Assembly: GCA_002633005.1 (NCBI GenBank)
Contig: NMRA01000040.1
Location: 79,362 to 143,361, forward strand
DNA from: Phoronis australis
Taxonomy: Eukaryota; Animalia; Phoronida
DNA length: 64,000 nucleotides
Direction: 5' to 3'
The notes under the pieces are model-generated. The model had not been told where the DNA came from. It did not search any database and worked only from the letters and a program-made list of their open reading frames with translations. The position numbers and the translations under genes are program-made. Positions 36,601 to 51,600 of the stretch are shown here, in pieces (position 1 is the stretch's first letter; each line of letters opens with the position of its first letter).

Positions 36601-39600
36601 TCTCCTGGGAACCCTGGCTCACCTCGTTCACCGTCTTCACCTGAAAATAATCAATGTAAAACAAAACTCACCAACCCAATTTCTAACCTTTTTACTCGCT
36701 GCCATCGACATATTGGCAATATTGATATCACTTACCCCTAAGCCATCAGACACTGTCCTAGAATCTAATGTACCTGACAATGGTCACAACTTAAAGTACT
36801 GTATCCACCCTAATAAGCACCCATGCCTCTATATGGCTCCCATGCATTTTCAGACTTTGCTAGAACAAGCACCCACAAACACGAACGTGCGAAAAATGGC
36901 TTACCTACAGTCTTAAAATTCTGCGTTCAACATTTTTAATTTATCAACAACTGAGATGTGGCAGTCCTGAAAAAATCACTGTGCACAGAATCTCGAGATC
37001 ACCAGCCTCGCCACTAGGTCAGTATTTAGCCGTGACCATACACTTCAAACTTCCGTCATGCTTCAAAATGAATGGAACACTTTAGCCGATCTCGCGAGGA
37101 ATGTGTCCCACTATGGTCTGGCGTTTCAGAATAGACGCAGTGTACTAGTGGGATCGAGTCTTTCACTTATTTTAAGTTTCCAATTCTCCCCAACAGGATT
37201 CCACTTTTTACACGTGAAAACCACAAATTGAAGACTGGACCTACAGGCATGCCATTCAGCTGATGACTGTCTCATAAAAAAATTGGCGTCAAAGCGAGCA
37301 CTTAATTCCAGTCAAAACAAATGTAACATGACAACAACATTGGGTTTTCCTAGGTGTTGATCTAGAGATTTTTCTCGTGTTGCAGGGTACAACCTTGCGC
37401 AGATTTGTACTTAACCTGCTGTTAATCCCAAATCAACATAACTGAAAAATCTTAGGGATGCTATTTTGGAAGTGAGGATTTCAGTTAATTTGTCAAGTTG
37501 AAATAGTACTTTTATTCATTTCCAGTTGCCATATCAACGATTACGAGGCAGTGAGGCATTGGCAAGTTTTTGCCCTGGGATTTCAGCACAATTTTCTGAA
37601 TATCGATCTGACATAATTCAACAATAAAGTTTGATAGCATTATGCACTCCAGTTTTGTAGAAAGTCTGTCATTTCTGCAAACAAAAACAAGAGCATGCAG
37701 ACTTCTAGGGTTTATCCGCCACTGCCCATAGTGTGCAATTTCTTATAGATTGTGAGAAAGAAAATAAAAGAGCAATGAGAAATGTTGATAAGTGGTATTT
37801 CTTTTCTTAGCTACCATGCTGTAGTCTCAGCAAGTTGTACGAGATTTACTCCAAATATCCAGTCAGTATCTGTTTGTGGATCCCAAAAATTTGGAAAGAA
37901 TTAGTACTCAATTGATAAACACCAACTGTTAACTACATAACTGAAATTCACAAACAATAACTGCGATTTGTAAACAATGAAATGACGTGCCCTTGCACAA
38001 AAACCTCCATCCTGTGATTATTTACCTCTGTTTCCTTTAGGACCAGGGCGTCCCGGTTTTCCGTTCAGTCCTGGTCGACCAGTTTCGCCAGCTCGTCCAG
38101 GCACACCTGGTGATCCGTCCTTTCCATCCTGTCCGGGCAATCCCTGCAATCCGTCAAACCCGTCCCGTCCAGGATTGCCCCTCTCACCATCTAAACCTGG
38201 GTTACCTACATCCCAAGATAAAAATGATTTGTTCGTTTAATTTTTCAATAAAAGATGAAACAGTTGACAGAGAGAAGGGAATGAGAACCTTGTGTAATCA
38301 GAAGTTAGTAAAGTTTATTTGACGTTGGTTTGGGTGGAAACAAAGGAAAAGTAGCATGAAGCTAAAAGTACACAAGATATGAGCTACGAACAAGACTGCA
38401 GGTGAAACAAGTCAAAACGACATGTATAAACCCAACTACAGGAACCACAAAATGATAACTACAACTGTAACCCATACCATATACAGGGATACACAAGCAC
38501 ATAGTACACTTAGTTTTGTCGTAAAGCGAAAATAAGTGAAAATCGGACGAAAAATGACCTTAATTTCCAGAGTTAACAATTTTTTTCGGAAGTCATGGCG
38601 AAAAATGGAAGAAGTTGGACGCAAAATGACAGTAAAATGGTTAAAAATTTACCGATAGTTTTGCTTCAAAATTCCATCTAATTTCCCCGAATTGTTGTGA
38701 ACTTTTTAAGACCGCCACATTACTATCAATGCTGAATGGCAGTTCGACTGCCATATAGTTATTTGTTGGTTTGGCTATACCAACCATGAAATTAACCTGC
38801 TTGTGTTACCAGTTCTGTATCCGTGTTTGTTAAAAACGAATTGTATACAGAGTATATTGGAGCGATCAAACGTTATAAACAACAGATACGTTACAATGCG
38901 ACTCGATTGTGCTTTTCCTGAACCTTCTAATTCTGGAGATATTGGGTTAACTAAACAGACTCGTCCAAAATGTGCTGTACTGTATAAACTTAATGTCGCG
39001 CGGTGTTACTGAATCGTAAATTTGGCTGCCGAAAAAGGTTTCATATATGAGTGTCGTGTTTACGTTCAAGGCATCTCACCATTCACTTAAAAGTAGTTCC
39101 CTTGCCAGACCAGGTGTAATTATCATGTTTATTGCTCCCACAGCCAAGTGGTAATGAACTATTGAAATTGCTGATAAAAGCTTGTCAAGTTTATAGTATA
39201 GTCCCTGTAACCTATCACGACCATTTCGTGTTGTGAGCCATGTTTTTGCGTTCGACACCATGTCGTTTAACCATGTAGTGAAATGCCCCAATGTCTGTAG
39301 ACTAATTGAAATCAGCAGCTTTATTGAGCTCATTGAGCAATTATAGCCAAATTAATACCATAATCACCTGATGATCAGCTGATGTTCTGCGACTCAAAAA
39401 CAAGCAAGGCATCAGAAATATTTTAACTTTGCCCAATGGGGCAGCGATTGCTAATTTTTACCAACGTCTGACCCATGTAACAGTCCTGAGTCTCGACCGT
39501 TGCCCAATATGACAGGAAATTCACTGGCCTGAAGAGGATACAACAGGGTGGTAGCCTATCAATTCACGTTCGTCCTAATGTGGGTTTGAACAGATTAGAA

Positions 39601-42600
39601 ATGCATTTTCGGGATAGCCAATATTTAGTGAATACCAAACCTGTACTTTTCCAACTGATGTCTGCCTACCTGGTTTGCCTGGGACACCTGGTTGACCTCT
39701 ATCTCCCTTTTCTCCCAACTCTCCAGGAGAACCTGATAAACCATCTTGTCCATCAATGCCAGGTAATCCATCTAATCCCGAGAAGCCTTGGCCACCCTAG
39801 GAAGCAGTAAAATGTACCTTGCATATAATTTTCCAAAATATGGTGACAAGATTCAAGATCTTTATTAGTTCATGTTCTTACACTTGTAGCACTTGATTAA
39901 GAAAAGCTAATGAACAAATTAAAACTCAGGTACCACAACAGAGCATGTTGATAAATGCTGTAGTGCATTGCAAACACCACACTACAGGTGATGGTCTGTT
40001 TCAATCATTTCCAGTACAGTAGGATCATGCACAACAGTAGAGTTCTACACCTTCCTTTAGATACACTGGTTCACTTTTTGCCCTGACTTGAATTCCCCCA
40101 CTCTCTTTTCTGCCCTGTTTATAACATTTTAGCAAGTTAATGTTTCTTGCCTTTTTAAGACTAACTGTTTTTCAAAAAGATGCCATAAAAATGTTGGAAA
40201 TGAGCTCTTAATTTTTAAAACTTTCTTAGGGAGGTCACCAGAACTTTTCTGTGGGACACCCATTCTAACAACCTGCGGTCATTCATTCGCATACCTTAAC
40301 TTCATTTGCCATCTCTTTTAACCTTGGCAGGTGAACAAACCTACCAGAGGTAATAGCACTACATAAATTTGAACAAACACTAGATGAGAAATGTCCAACT
40401 TGAGGGTTCTGGCAAACTGAGAGGCAGCCGCAAAAAACCCAGACAAACCAAAACAACAAAAAATCGGGCACAAATTCCATAACAATTCTTCAAGTGGTTT
40501 GGCAAATATTAAAGCAGATGCAAAAGATGGATTCAGAAAACTCCCGTTTGAAACTTCGAACATGTAGAGTCAGGCACAATATTCACTGCAGCAGTCAGAT
40601 CAGTTCACAAAATAAATTAACATGCATGCCGTCTCCATGATTGCCTGCAACTTTCACTAACAAGAGCAACACAGAGCATTGAAATGCGCCCACGAATGCA
40701 CCGCAAACGGTGTGCCTCCAGAGTTGTTTATTTCAAAAATGACCATTAGTGCGGGGGAAAATGTCCAATCCATCTGCAAATGGAAAAATGCCATAGCTTC
40801 TTCAATAAAAAGCTATTTACTAATTTCATAAATATCTGACAAAGAACTTCTGAGAAACAAAATTAAACAGAAAAAATGAAACTGCCAATAGGGGGCACAG
40901 CATCTGCCTGAAAGTAGTCATCTATTGTTAGCTTCCTATAAATACACTTACTAAGTTTAATAAAGATTCGGCAGTGGGTTTAGGAGATACAGCTAAACAA
41001 AACAAAACCACCACTAGGAGGTGCCACAGTAGTGGACATAGTCATCCTTAACTGTCCTCTTCACACTGACAATATATACGCCAATTTTCAAAATCATCCT
41101 CAGAATGGTTTGGTTGATAGACGGGTGGACGCCAAAAATCAGACTCGAAAACAGTAAAAATGGCCACTAGGTGGCGCAAAATACCTCGAATCCATCCGAA
41201 AACTGGAGGATGGAGTAATCTCACTGATAGATGCCAATTTCCCAAATTTTATGAAAATGTGTGGCGGACCTTTACAGATACAGAGGTTAATGTAAAAAAC
41301 TAAAATTGCCACTAGGGGGCGCACCAGCAGTCCCACCCTGCGAAAGCCTTGGTCACCCGTTGTCAATTTCATATAAATACACTTGCTCAATTTAATCCTG
41401 CAAATGGTTTAGGAGATACAGCCATGGGTGCAAAAAAACTGCCACTAGGAGGCGCCACAGTAGTCTAAGTCATCGGAAAATCATTGTCAGCCATACTTTT
41501 TATAATAAGAACACACATGCCAATTTTCACAATCATCCTTAGAGCAGTTAGGTTAATGGACGTCAAACAACAGACTAACAAAGGATTCGAAAACAGTGAA
41601 AATGACCACTAGGTGGCACAAGCTACGTCGAATCCATCCAAAAACGACAGGATAGTGTCATCTCACTAATAGAGGCCTAAATTCTAAATTTCGTGAAATT
41701 ACGTTGAGGATCTGCGAAGATACAGAGGTGAACGTAACAAACTAAAATTGACATTAGGGGGCAAACCCGTAGTCAGAGAGGTCCGAAATTTATCGTCGTC
41801 AGTCATCAGCTTGAAGGGAACACATCTGCCAAGATCCAGTGAGGGGTTTAGGAGATACAGCTGCGGACGCACAGACAGAGATGAAGGCAATATGCAACGT
41901 TTAAAATAAAGTTTCAATGAAAAGTACCGCCTCGCCAGGAAGTCCGGGTTGACCTGGTGGTCCGCGTGGACCTTCAGCACCATCCAGTCCTCGCAGGCCA
42001 GGGCGACCATCTGGACCAGCAGGCCCAGGCTGTCCAGGCTGGCCGTCGGCACCATCTTTACCTTCGACGCCCATCTCACCACGATCTCCTCTGGCACCTG
42101 CCTCACCAGGTCGACCGGGACGGCCCGAGAGACCAGGGTACCCTTTAGCACCTGTAGAATATATGATATACAATACAATAACTTTATATACATAAGAAGT
42201 CAGCTTTTTAACAAAATTTTGAGGTGACCTTTTGTAAACCTGAAGCTAATTCACTCAGTCAGAGTTAAAGATTGCGAATTGCCAAGAAAATCGCTGGATT
42301 GAAAAAAAAATGGCTTATGTCTGAAAGCAATTAACTTAGCTACATATTCATTGCAACTGTGTTTCCCGCTAACTAATTTGAACTTAAGTTATACTAAAGA
42401 CTGACACAAACCATTGCACATCCGTTAACCAACTCTCAGTAGTAAACGTCCCACCAACTGTGTACCAAATATACAATCATTGGAACTCTTCTGTTTACGA
42501 GATTGACCAGTTCTGGTCCTGCGCAATTTCTATTGAAATAAAAGCAAGGCTAAAAACAAGAGCAAGACGTAGCGTTGGTATGCACCACCATGCATCGCAA

Positions 42601-45600
42601 ACCAGGCAGATACAAGAGATGATCAGTATTTTGAGCATTCCCACTAAACAGAGTAACTAACACAGAAATGCTCTTCTGAATAGGATACATCTGCCACGTT
42701 TCATCGCGACACTAAAACTTTGGTAGAAGACAGTAGAAAGGGCACTAGGAGCACAACATAAACTTATTTGACAAATTTCATGAACATCAAAAGAAGTGAA
42801 AATGGCCACTAGGTGACACAGAATAAGCCAAATCCATCTGAAAACAAACAAGGTTGGTTGGTGTGCAAGAGCTGTGATATATTTTTATGACTAAGGAAAA
42901 GCTATAATAGTTATTTAGTTAGGCCCTAATGCAACCAAAATTATCCAGAGATTCCAAATCTTTAGTGCCCTTCTGTATATATCTTATGATTTGAGTTCTT
43001 ATAAAAATTGAACTCTAACTAAAGGCACGTGTAGTTTTGTTTGCTGTGACATGTTTGGTGTATAGCTGTAACCCGGAAAATTCAGGGATGGGTTCACAAT
43101 TAACTGACTTCTAAGTTGTTTTGATGCTTTAATTAAACACAAAATAAATAGATAGCAATCCTAACCGGTCAGAAAAAAAGGAGACAGGAGTATTAAAATA
43201 AAGTGAAGAAAACAGGTACGAAACACATTTAAAACCAACGTTCTTTTGGAAAGTGGCCCTTTGTCCAGATCAACGCAAATTTACTTTTTTGTAATATTTA
43301 AAATTTATTGTACCACTGCTCTCCACATTGCAGGCTTTAACTCTGTCCAAATGCCAGAGAAAAACAATTTGGGTGTAATAACAACCACCATTGTTAAGAA
43401 AGTAGTGCTAGCTATTACCTTTCCACTTCATTAGCCGAGATCTACATCTTCAATACAAAAGGGGTGATGAATAGGAATCGTAAAAATTGTCTGGGGCTTA
43501 GGGAATCAGAGTGGTGACCAGTGTAAGCGAGAAATTCTCCACATGACACACAGGGAGGATAAACTTACCTGTTGGTCCAGGAAGTCCAGTTCCTGGAAGT
43601 CCTGGTTCACCCTTTGCTCCGTTGTCACCTCTGTCGCCTGGGAAACCAGGAAAACCCGGCTGACCTGAAAACAATGTCCACATACAATGACAATCTGAAC
43701 AACTTGCACTGTGGCACACTAACAGTGATGATTGAAGTCCGTTAACACTGATATCAGACTACAGATTTTACCACTATGGTTCACCTGTGCCACCAGACAA
43801 TCCTACTATAATATACCTTATGTCCAACTCTAATTTAGAGGAAACAATTGCATGCCAAGTACTTTCCTTTCCAATAAGTAACAGAAATCAATTTAATTTG
43901 ACAATACATAAAGAACCAATTAGCAGTAAAAATGTACCACCGATTGCAAACGAGTTTGTAACACTCGATTTCCTTCCCTACCTGGTTCACCCTGATCTCC
44001 TTTTTGTCCAAAAGCACCTACGTTAGCTGGTTCGCCCTTTACACCTTGAATACCTGGTACCCCAGGGGCTCCTCGCTGACCAGGTGTACCTGGAAAGCCG
44101 TCTTGACCGGGTAGGCCATCCACACCAGGACTGCCACGCTCACCTGCAGAAAAACAGATTGTGATGAAAAATGTGCAACAGTCACTTTCACCTCAGGTTA
44201 ACGCAAGAAAACAAAGTACAGTGATTTAGTTAAGAGCAATACGGACTGTTGAAATGCACCCACAACAGTGATGCAAATGGTGTGCTTCTAATGGTGTTGT
44301 TAGAATAATAAAAATGGCCACTAGATGGCGCAGAATATGACAAACCCACCTGAAATTTGGAAAGCGTCATTGTCTCTCTATTACTAAACTGTTTGTCAAG
44401 TTTCAAGAAAGTCCACCAACAAAGGAACTGCCAAATAAACAGAGGCAGACGTAACAAAAATTGCCATTAGAAGGCACAGCGGTAGTCAAATTCGTCCACC
44501 TGATGTCAAATTAATATGAATATACCTAACAAATTGTGATCTTGCAAGTGGTTTAGTAGATAAAGTTGCATATGTGAAAATAATGTCATTGTTGAGCACC
44601 ACACTTACGTTGGACCCATCTGAAATTTTTTCATAACAATCCCCTGAGCGACTTGGCCGATACAGAAGCAAACGGAAAATCCAGACTAAAAATAATTGAC
44701 ATAATTGAGGGGTTCTGAGCGTGCGATAACATCTGACTCTTTCCTTAACTTCCCAGCGCAGTCGTTTGTCCCCTGTGACAACAAGCAGGTCAACTATCTC
44801 CCAGGCTTCAAAAGGTAACTACTGAATCCTGGCAGAATAGATTGTCTACACATCTGTTGTAGTTGGGCAATTTTGGTGATTCAAAAACTAATTTATGATC
44901 AGCATTTGACAAGGAATTCAAAAATGCTATTGGTTTATGTTCAAATATGTTATAACTTAACTTTCATTCTTAGCAGCATAGTCCAGTCAGGCTGATATGA
45001 TCTCATCGAAGATTAGAGCAATTATCGAACAAAAGAGAACCGGCCCTCCAACCATAAATGCCAGAGTGGAGTTAGTCAGTAGTGTGTGTAAGATATTGGC
45101 TACAGGGGTGAACTTCCCAACTTGTTGTTGGGCTATAGCATCGAACAAGTTGGGAGCAATGGGAAAACGCTGCAATGAGCTGCCAAAAAGTCATGAGCAG
45201 CCACTATCACATCTATAGGAAAACACCTGCATAAGTTCACAAACATCATGCAAAGGCATCATTAGGAGCTGCCATGTCGTGAACACATCCACTAAAGCAA
45301 GAAACTGTAGGAACACCGCATTTATCCACCTTCACTCTTATCAGGCTTCTATTGTGAGTCAGCATGCGTGAATAATTGGCTGATAAGCCACCTCTGGAAC
45401 TACTTTTGGCTGAATGGATGACCAGGCCATAAAATGATAATTAGCCAAGACCAGTTACTATAATGCAACAAAGAATAATATCTTGCATTACCTAGCCTTG
45501 GTGGAAAGCTGTATACTGTATTGGCTCAAACAAACGCTTAGAAAAATTCATTTCACGGGGAGGGGACGCTTATTGTAGTGAGCCTACGGCAGTTGAAACC

Positions 45601-48600
45601 CGGTTTCCCAAACGGGTAAAATCGGAAGCTAGGATTCATCAAATTTACGCTCTGTNTGTGCAACAGTCACTTTCACCTCAGGTTAACGCAAGAAAACAAA
45701 GTACAGTGATTTAGTTAAGAGCAATACGGACTGTTGAAATGCACCCACAACAGTGATGCAAATGGTGTGCTTCTAATGGTGTTGTTAGAATAATAAAAAT
45801 GGCCACTAGATGGCGCAGAATATGACAAACCCACCCGAAATTTGGAAAGCGTCATTGTCTCTCTATTACTAAACTGTTTGTCAAGTTTCAAGAAAGTCCA
45901 CCAACAAAGGAACTCCCAAATAAACAGAGGCAGACGTAACAAAAATTGCCATTAGAAGGCACAGCGGTAGTAAAATTCGTCCACCTGATGTCAAATTAAT
46001 AGGAATAGACCTAACAAATTGTGATCATGCAAGTGGTTTTAAATTAGTAGATAAAGTTGCAGATGTGAAAATAATGTCACTGTTGAGCACCACACTTACG
46101 TTGGACCCATCTGAAAATTTTTCATAACAATCCCCTGAGCGACTTGGCTGATACAGAAGCAAACGGAAAATCCAGACTAAAAATAATTGACATGGCCACT
46201 AGGTGGTGCAAAATATGTCAAATCCATACGATGCTGTCATCTTCACAACAGAAAATTCTTTGCCAAAGTTCAAGAAAAAGGTCGAGGAACTCGGATAGAG
46301 AAAAAGGTAAAAAATAAAATTTCTATTGGGGGAATAGCGCTTGTAAGCATGAGGGCGTTCTGCCGTTCAGCAGTTTTTCCAGACTTGAGCAGTTCTGAGC
46401 GTGCCATGACATCTGGCTCTTTTCTTATCTTCCCAGCGCAGTCGTTTGTCCCGAGTGACAACAAGCAGGTCAATTATCTCCCAGGCTTCAAAAGGTAACT
46501 ACTGAAACCTGGCAGAATAGATTGTCTAAACATCTGTTGTAGTTGGGCAATTTTGGTGATTCAAAAACTAATTTATGATCAGCATTTGACAAGGAATTCA
46601 AAAATGCTATTGGTTTATGTTCAAATATGTTATAACTTAACTTTCATTCTTAGCAGCACAGCCCAGTCAGGCTGATATGATCTCATCGAAGATTAGAGCA
46701 ATTATCGAACAAAAGAGAGCCTGCCCTCCAACCATAAATGCCAGAGTGGAATTAATCAGTAGTGTGTGTAAGATATTGGCTACAGGGGTGAACTTCCCAA
46801 CTTGTTGTTGGGCTATAGAATCGAACAAGTTGGGAGCAATGGGAAAACACTGCAATGGGCTGCCAAAAAGTCATGAGCAGCCACTATCACATCTATAGGA
46901 AAACACCTGCAAAAGTTCACAAACATCACGCAAAGGCATCATTAGGAGCTGCAGCCTTGGTTGCAAAAACTACAAAATCACCCCACTAAAGGGGACACAA
47001 CAGGTATCAGATCAGTCCAAAAATCAGCCATGGTCTTCTCATCAGGAACACACCTGCTATGATTCATAATGATCCTTTGAGCAGTTTGGCAGATTAAGTG
47101 GGCAACGCTAAAATGAACTAAAAATCCTATAAAATAGCATTAAGTGGCGCAAAATATATTGAATCTGTCCGAAAATGGAAAGGCATAGTAGTTGCCTTAA
47201 TAGAAACCTATTTACCAAATTTCAGAAAAATCCATGAACTAACTCCAAAGATAGTTTCAGTGAAAAAACTTAAACTGTCACAAGGGGGGCACAGCTATAG
47301 TCAGATTGGTCTGAAACTAATTGTCATCCGGTATCATATCCATAGCAACACATCACCACATTTCACAAAGATCCTCTAAGGAATTAATGAGATGCAAAAA
47401 AATTGCCCCTCGGGGTCACCGCAGCAGTCAAATTCATCCAAAAAACAGTGTCAGTCACACTCTTCTCATCAGAAACACATCTGCAGATTTTCAGAATGAT
47501 CCTTTGAGCAATTTGGCTAATAGGAAGGTGGACGTCCAAAACCTACTTAAATTTCTTTAAATTGCCACCAGGTGGTGCAGAATATGTCACAAAAGTCAGA
47601 ACACTGGAAGACATCATCTCTCAAATAGATACCTATTCGCTACATTTAACGAAAACCAGAGCCAAACGTAAAAATTGCTACTAGGGGGCAGCAAGGTAGT
47701 CAAATTGATTGGTGGTTCTCTGTCAGCTTTACGAAACACATTCTGTAAAATCTCATTATGATCGTGCAAGAGGTTTAGGGGACAGTCACGGACACCGCAC
47801 GCCCAGACACAGATGACGGCAATATGCATCCACATGAAAACATGTTGTTACACACCCGTGACTATGATAGCATGGGGATAAAGTTGGCAAACCAATCTTA
47901 ACATATTCCAGCACTTTCATTGTCTGCGTTGATATGATTAGCTCACGTAATCCAGCAATTATGTTGTAAACAGCGCACCTGACGCTAACCAGTATTTGAA
48001 AATACTTTTCAAACTACGTTTAACAAATGTCGTGAAGCAGATGTATTTGTATGAAATACTATCATCAAAAAACCTTCAAATGGACATAAATAGTTGACTT
48101 TCAAAGAAATTAGACTTAACTTTCACCTGCGGATTCCTTTGGGTGACTGTAAGCTTTTACCACTTACTTAGCATTACGTACTAACACAATAAGGCTTGTT
48201 TCTCAAGTTTAGATCAGATCGTGATGTTGGAAATTTCTTTATTTTAACAGTCCCGAGGAATGGTATACAACATGGGTACATAAAAAACGATTTCCGCACA
48301 TCAAAAATCTGCATTATCGAGCTCAAAATTGTTTGATGTCAATTTTTTTTTCACCACCCCACAACTACAAAAATTTTGTCGCTTGTAAACTTTTTATTGA
48401 AAACTGCCATAAAAAGATTTTATGAATACTTCATTGTATGCTAATGGCAACACTTTAAGATGCCAAATTTCACAATGCTATTATAATTAGGAGACACATC
48501 TACAGATTTGTAAGGAGATGAACATTAGGCATCCGAGTGTACGTGTGCGGGCAAATAAAAACAGGAAGTATTGGCTCAACTGGATAGATTCACCATAACC

Positions 48601-51600
48601 TCTTGCTTACAGTTGCTGTTGAAGAGGGGTTGTATTATTACATGTCCACATCGAATACCTTTTAGCTCAGCTAACAGATTAGTGAGAAGACTTCCATACT
48701 GTCTCTTTTTTGCCTGACAGTGTACCCACAATTTTACTCAAGAAATTCATGTGAAATTTTAGAAGTTAGCATACTTGTCCCAGTAACAGTCAATAACTTT
48801 GGGTAAATGTCCTCTCTGATTTTTTTTCAGCAATTGGGACTTTAGAACGTCCATATGTTGTTATAATTGGCTGGCAACTCAACCATACTCGTTGTGTAAC
48901 ACATTAAATGCCAGTATCGTTTACGTGAAGCACAACTCGAGGTAAAAACATTAGGCCACCGGACCAGTACCCCAAGACCAAGACAATTGCTTCTTCTTGA
49001 CATGATGAAAGTTGGAAAATAACTAAGCAGGAGCAATAGATCACTTAAAACCCATCCTGACTTAATTTTTCTCACATTAAATACCCACAGTGCTAGCACA
49101 GACATGTACAGTCTGTATAACCTAAATGTTTGACTCACCTGGTAGACCATCAACACCCGGGATGCCAGGGACACCATCCTGCCCCCTTTCACCAGGTACA
49201 CCTATGGCTCCCCGTTCACCATCCTCACCTACAACAGATCAGCATTTAGTTTTCGACACATTTTCATATTATTTGTATTTCCATATAAATCCCGAGTTAT
49301 TTCTGCAAAAGCTTGCTCACAATGTTATAAAACATAAATTCCTGAACTTTCAAATAGAGTATGAGCCTGCAATTACAAATATTTGCCACTTATCGTTAAA
49401 AATTATTGCATCTGCATTTGTCACTCGTTGCAAAAATATTACTTACTAATAGATTGAAATGATGAATTTTGCTTACAGCATAATGAGTGCGATTAAACCA
49501 CAGACCTACAGACTTTAATTTGGTTGGAAAGCTGCAGGTTTGCAGGAGTTAAATTATAGTACTATCATTCAACTACATCACAAACCCAACATCAACACAC
49601 CCTTGTCCCTGAAAACTTACCATTTCTACCTGGACGTCCGTCCACTCCTGGTTGTCCAGGCCTGCCATCTAGGCCATCCTGTCCTGGATTGCCAGGAAAA
49701 CCGGGGAAGCCAGGTTCACCTTTGGCGGCTGCTGTTCCATCCAGACCAGGTAGGCCAATATCGCCTGTCTCACCAGGCGGACCTGGGGGACCTTTGCAGA
49801 AAAGAAAGACAACACGAGTGCATAGGACCACAGAAGGGGGGCTGCATACAATAGGAGGTACAGCAGGGCCATCAATTCAATTTAAAGGAGAATGCCACCC
49901 AAAAAACAACCCATTTTGTATCAATTTTGATCGAGTAGTTCCACTCAATAACAGCAAGTTCGGTTCTTTTTACCTGACACCTAACGGCAGACAGCTGTTT
50001 TGAAATTAACCAATGACGTCACAGGTTCGAACGCAGTCTGTTCAGCAGTTCACAACATGTTTACTGGTGTAACGCTATCCCTTGAATTCATCATTTTAAT
50101 CAATAAATCATCAAAATTTGATGTAAAACCCTTACAAATACATTGTCAGTTCTTGCACAAATGTGATGTTTTATTTTGCTGTCACGGATATAGGTATTTG
50201 AACGTACTGTAGCCTAATAAGTTCGGTAGGCCAATTTACCAATACAAGGTAATTAATGCCATCCACAGTCAACTTCATAGGAGCACACCTGCAAAATCTC
50301 ATTAAGATTAAGGGGTTTATGAGATACAGCTGCTCCGGGACGACGAACACCCAAATAGAGATGACGGCAATATGCACCCACATATAAATGTGTGGGTGCA
50401 TAAAAATGGACAATGTTTATGGTCACTTAAATTAGGAAAAAATGTTGTTAACACTCCAGTGATATGTTCCCTATCTCCACCTTACAAGGGGATCTCACCT
50501 CCCTCTCCAGACTGACACACACTTGTGTAGTATGTTCTCGTTTTCCAGAATTTTCCTTTTCCAAATTAGAGTAAATTTTCCACAAAGAGCACATTTTCTA
50601 AAAGCGATTGCTGCCAATCATGAATGCATAAACTCATAATACCAATAGCAGATCACGGGATGTTATTGCTAGTTCCATCATGGCTTTCCCCCTTTTCCTA
50701 CTCTACAAGTTTTCCATTCACACCACTTCCAGATTTACTATGACCAGTTGGAAAGATGTCACGTTGCATCAGAAATTGTACGTTTTACTGGAAACTTCCT
50801 ACTAATCGCCTATAAAACTCTTAAAAGGGTGGATTTTCACATTTTCCAGCTGCACACCTTAATGAAAATAGTTGAGTATGCCCCTTCTGCCGCAAACACA
50901 TAAGTGGTCGTAATCAAAAGCAGACAAAGGCCAAGACTACAACAACAGAGGGCGCAGGTTTACAGATATAGGCCCGTCCTGAAATAGCACACACTATCAC
51001 ACTCTAAGGAATTTACCTACAATGCAACACGTTTCAAGCACCTCTGTGTTCTACTTCTTCATGTGCAATGAAGCCCTACTGTACCAAAATCATCATGTAA
51101 TTCAACTCAGGGCAAGAAGCTTTGTCTCATTGAATATTGAGTTTCAATCCTGAGATCAACCAATAGACAAGCATCAGTGTAGTATGTGCCCCACATTTTA
51201 AAAAGTAGGTTATTCATACAATGCTTTTTTCTACCACCACGAAAGAGAAGAGTCAAAACAGGACGGGCCTGTTGCAGTCTGTGGGATTCAAGGATAATTC
51301 ATATATATCAAAAAATTTGTTCAACTGAAAATTAAATTCTTTGGAATAAAAAAATCTCATTTTGTTCACTCATGAAACACAGCCAAAATTTCATTGAATA
51401 ACAAATAAAAGAATTTTAGAATAAAATATATTAAGATGCTATCACCATCAACCAAAATGCACCAGCAGAAGCCTAAAATAGATACACATCAGAAAATTAC
51501 TGAAGCATTCCTTCTATATATTCTTCCAAATGTAGATTATAAAACATGTCTGACACAGAAACTTTAATCCAAAACCATACCGTCCTGTCCAGGGGGTCCA

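Noticed and set aside
44987-45218. Duplicated hydrophobic ORFs (also at 46667-46898) as a gene pair
   Set aside because: They lie in the N-joined duplication, are short, and show no splice structure or recognisable family.
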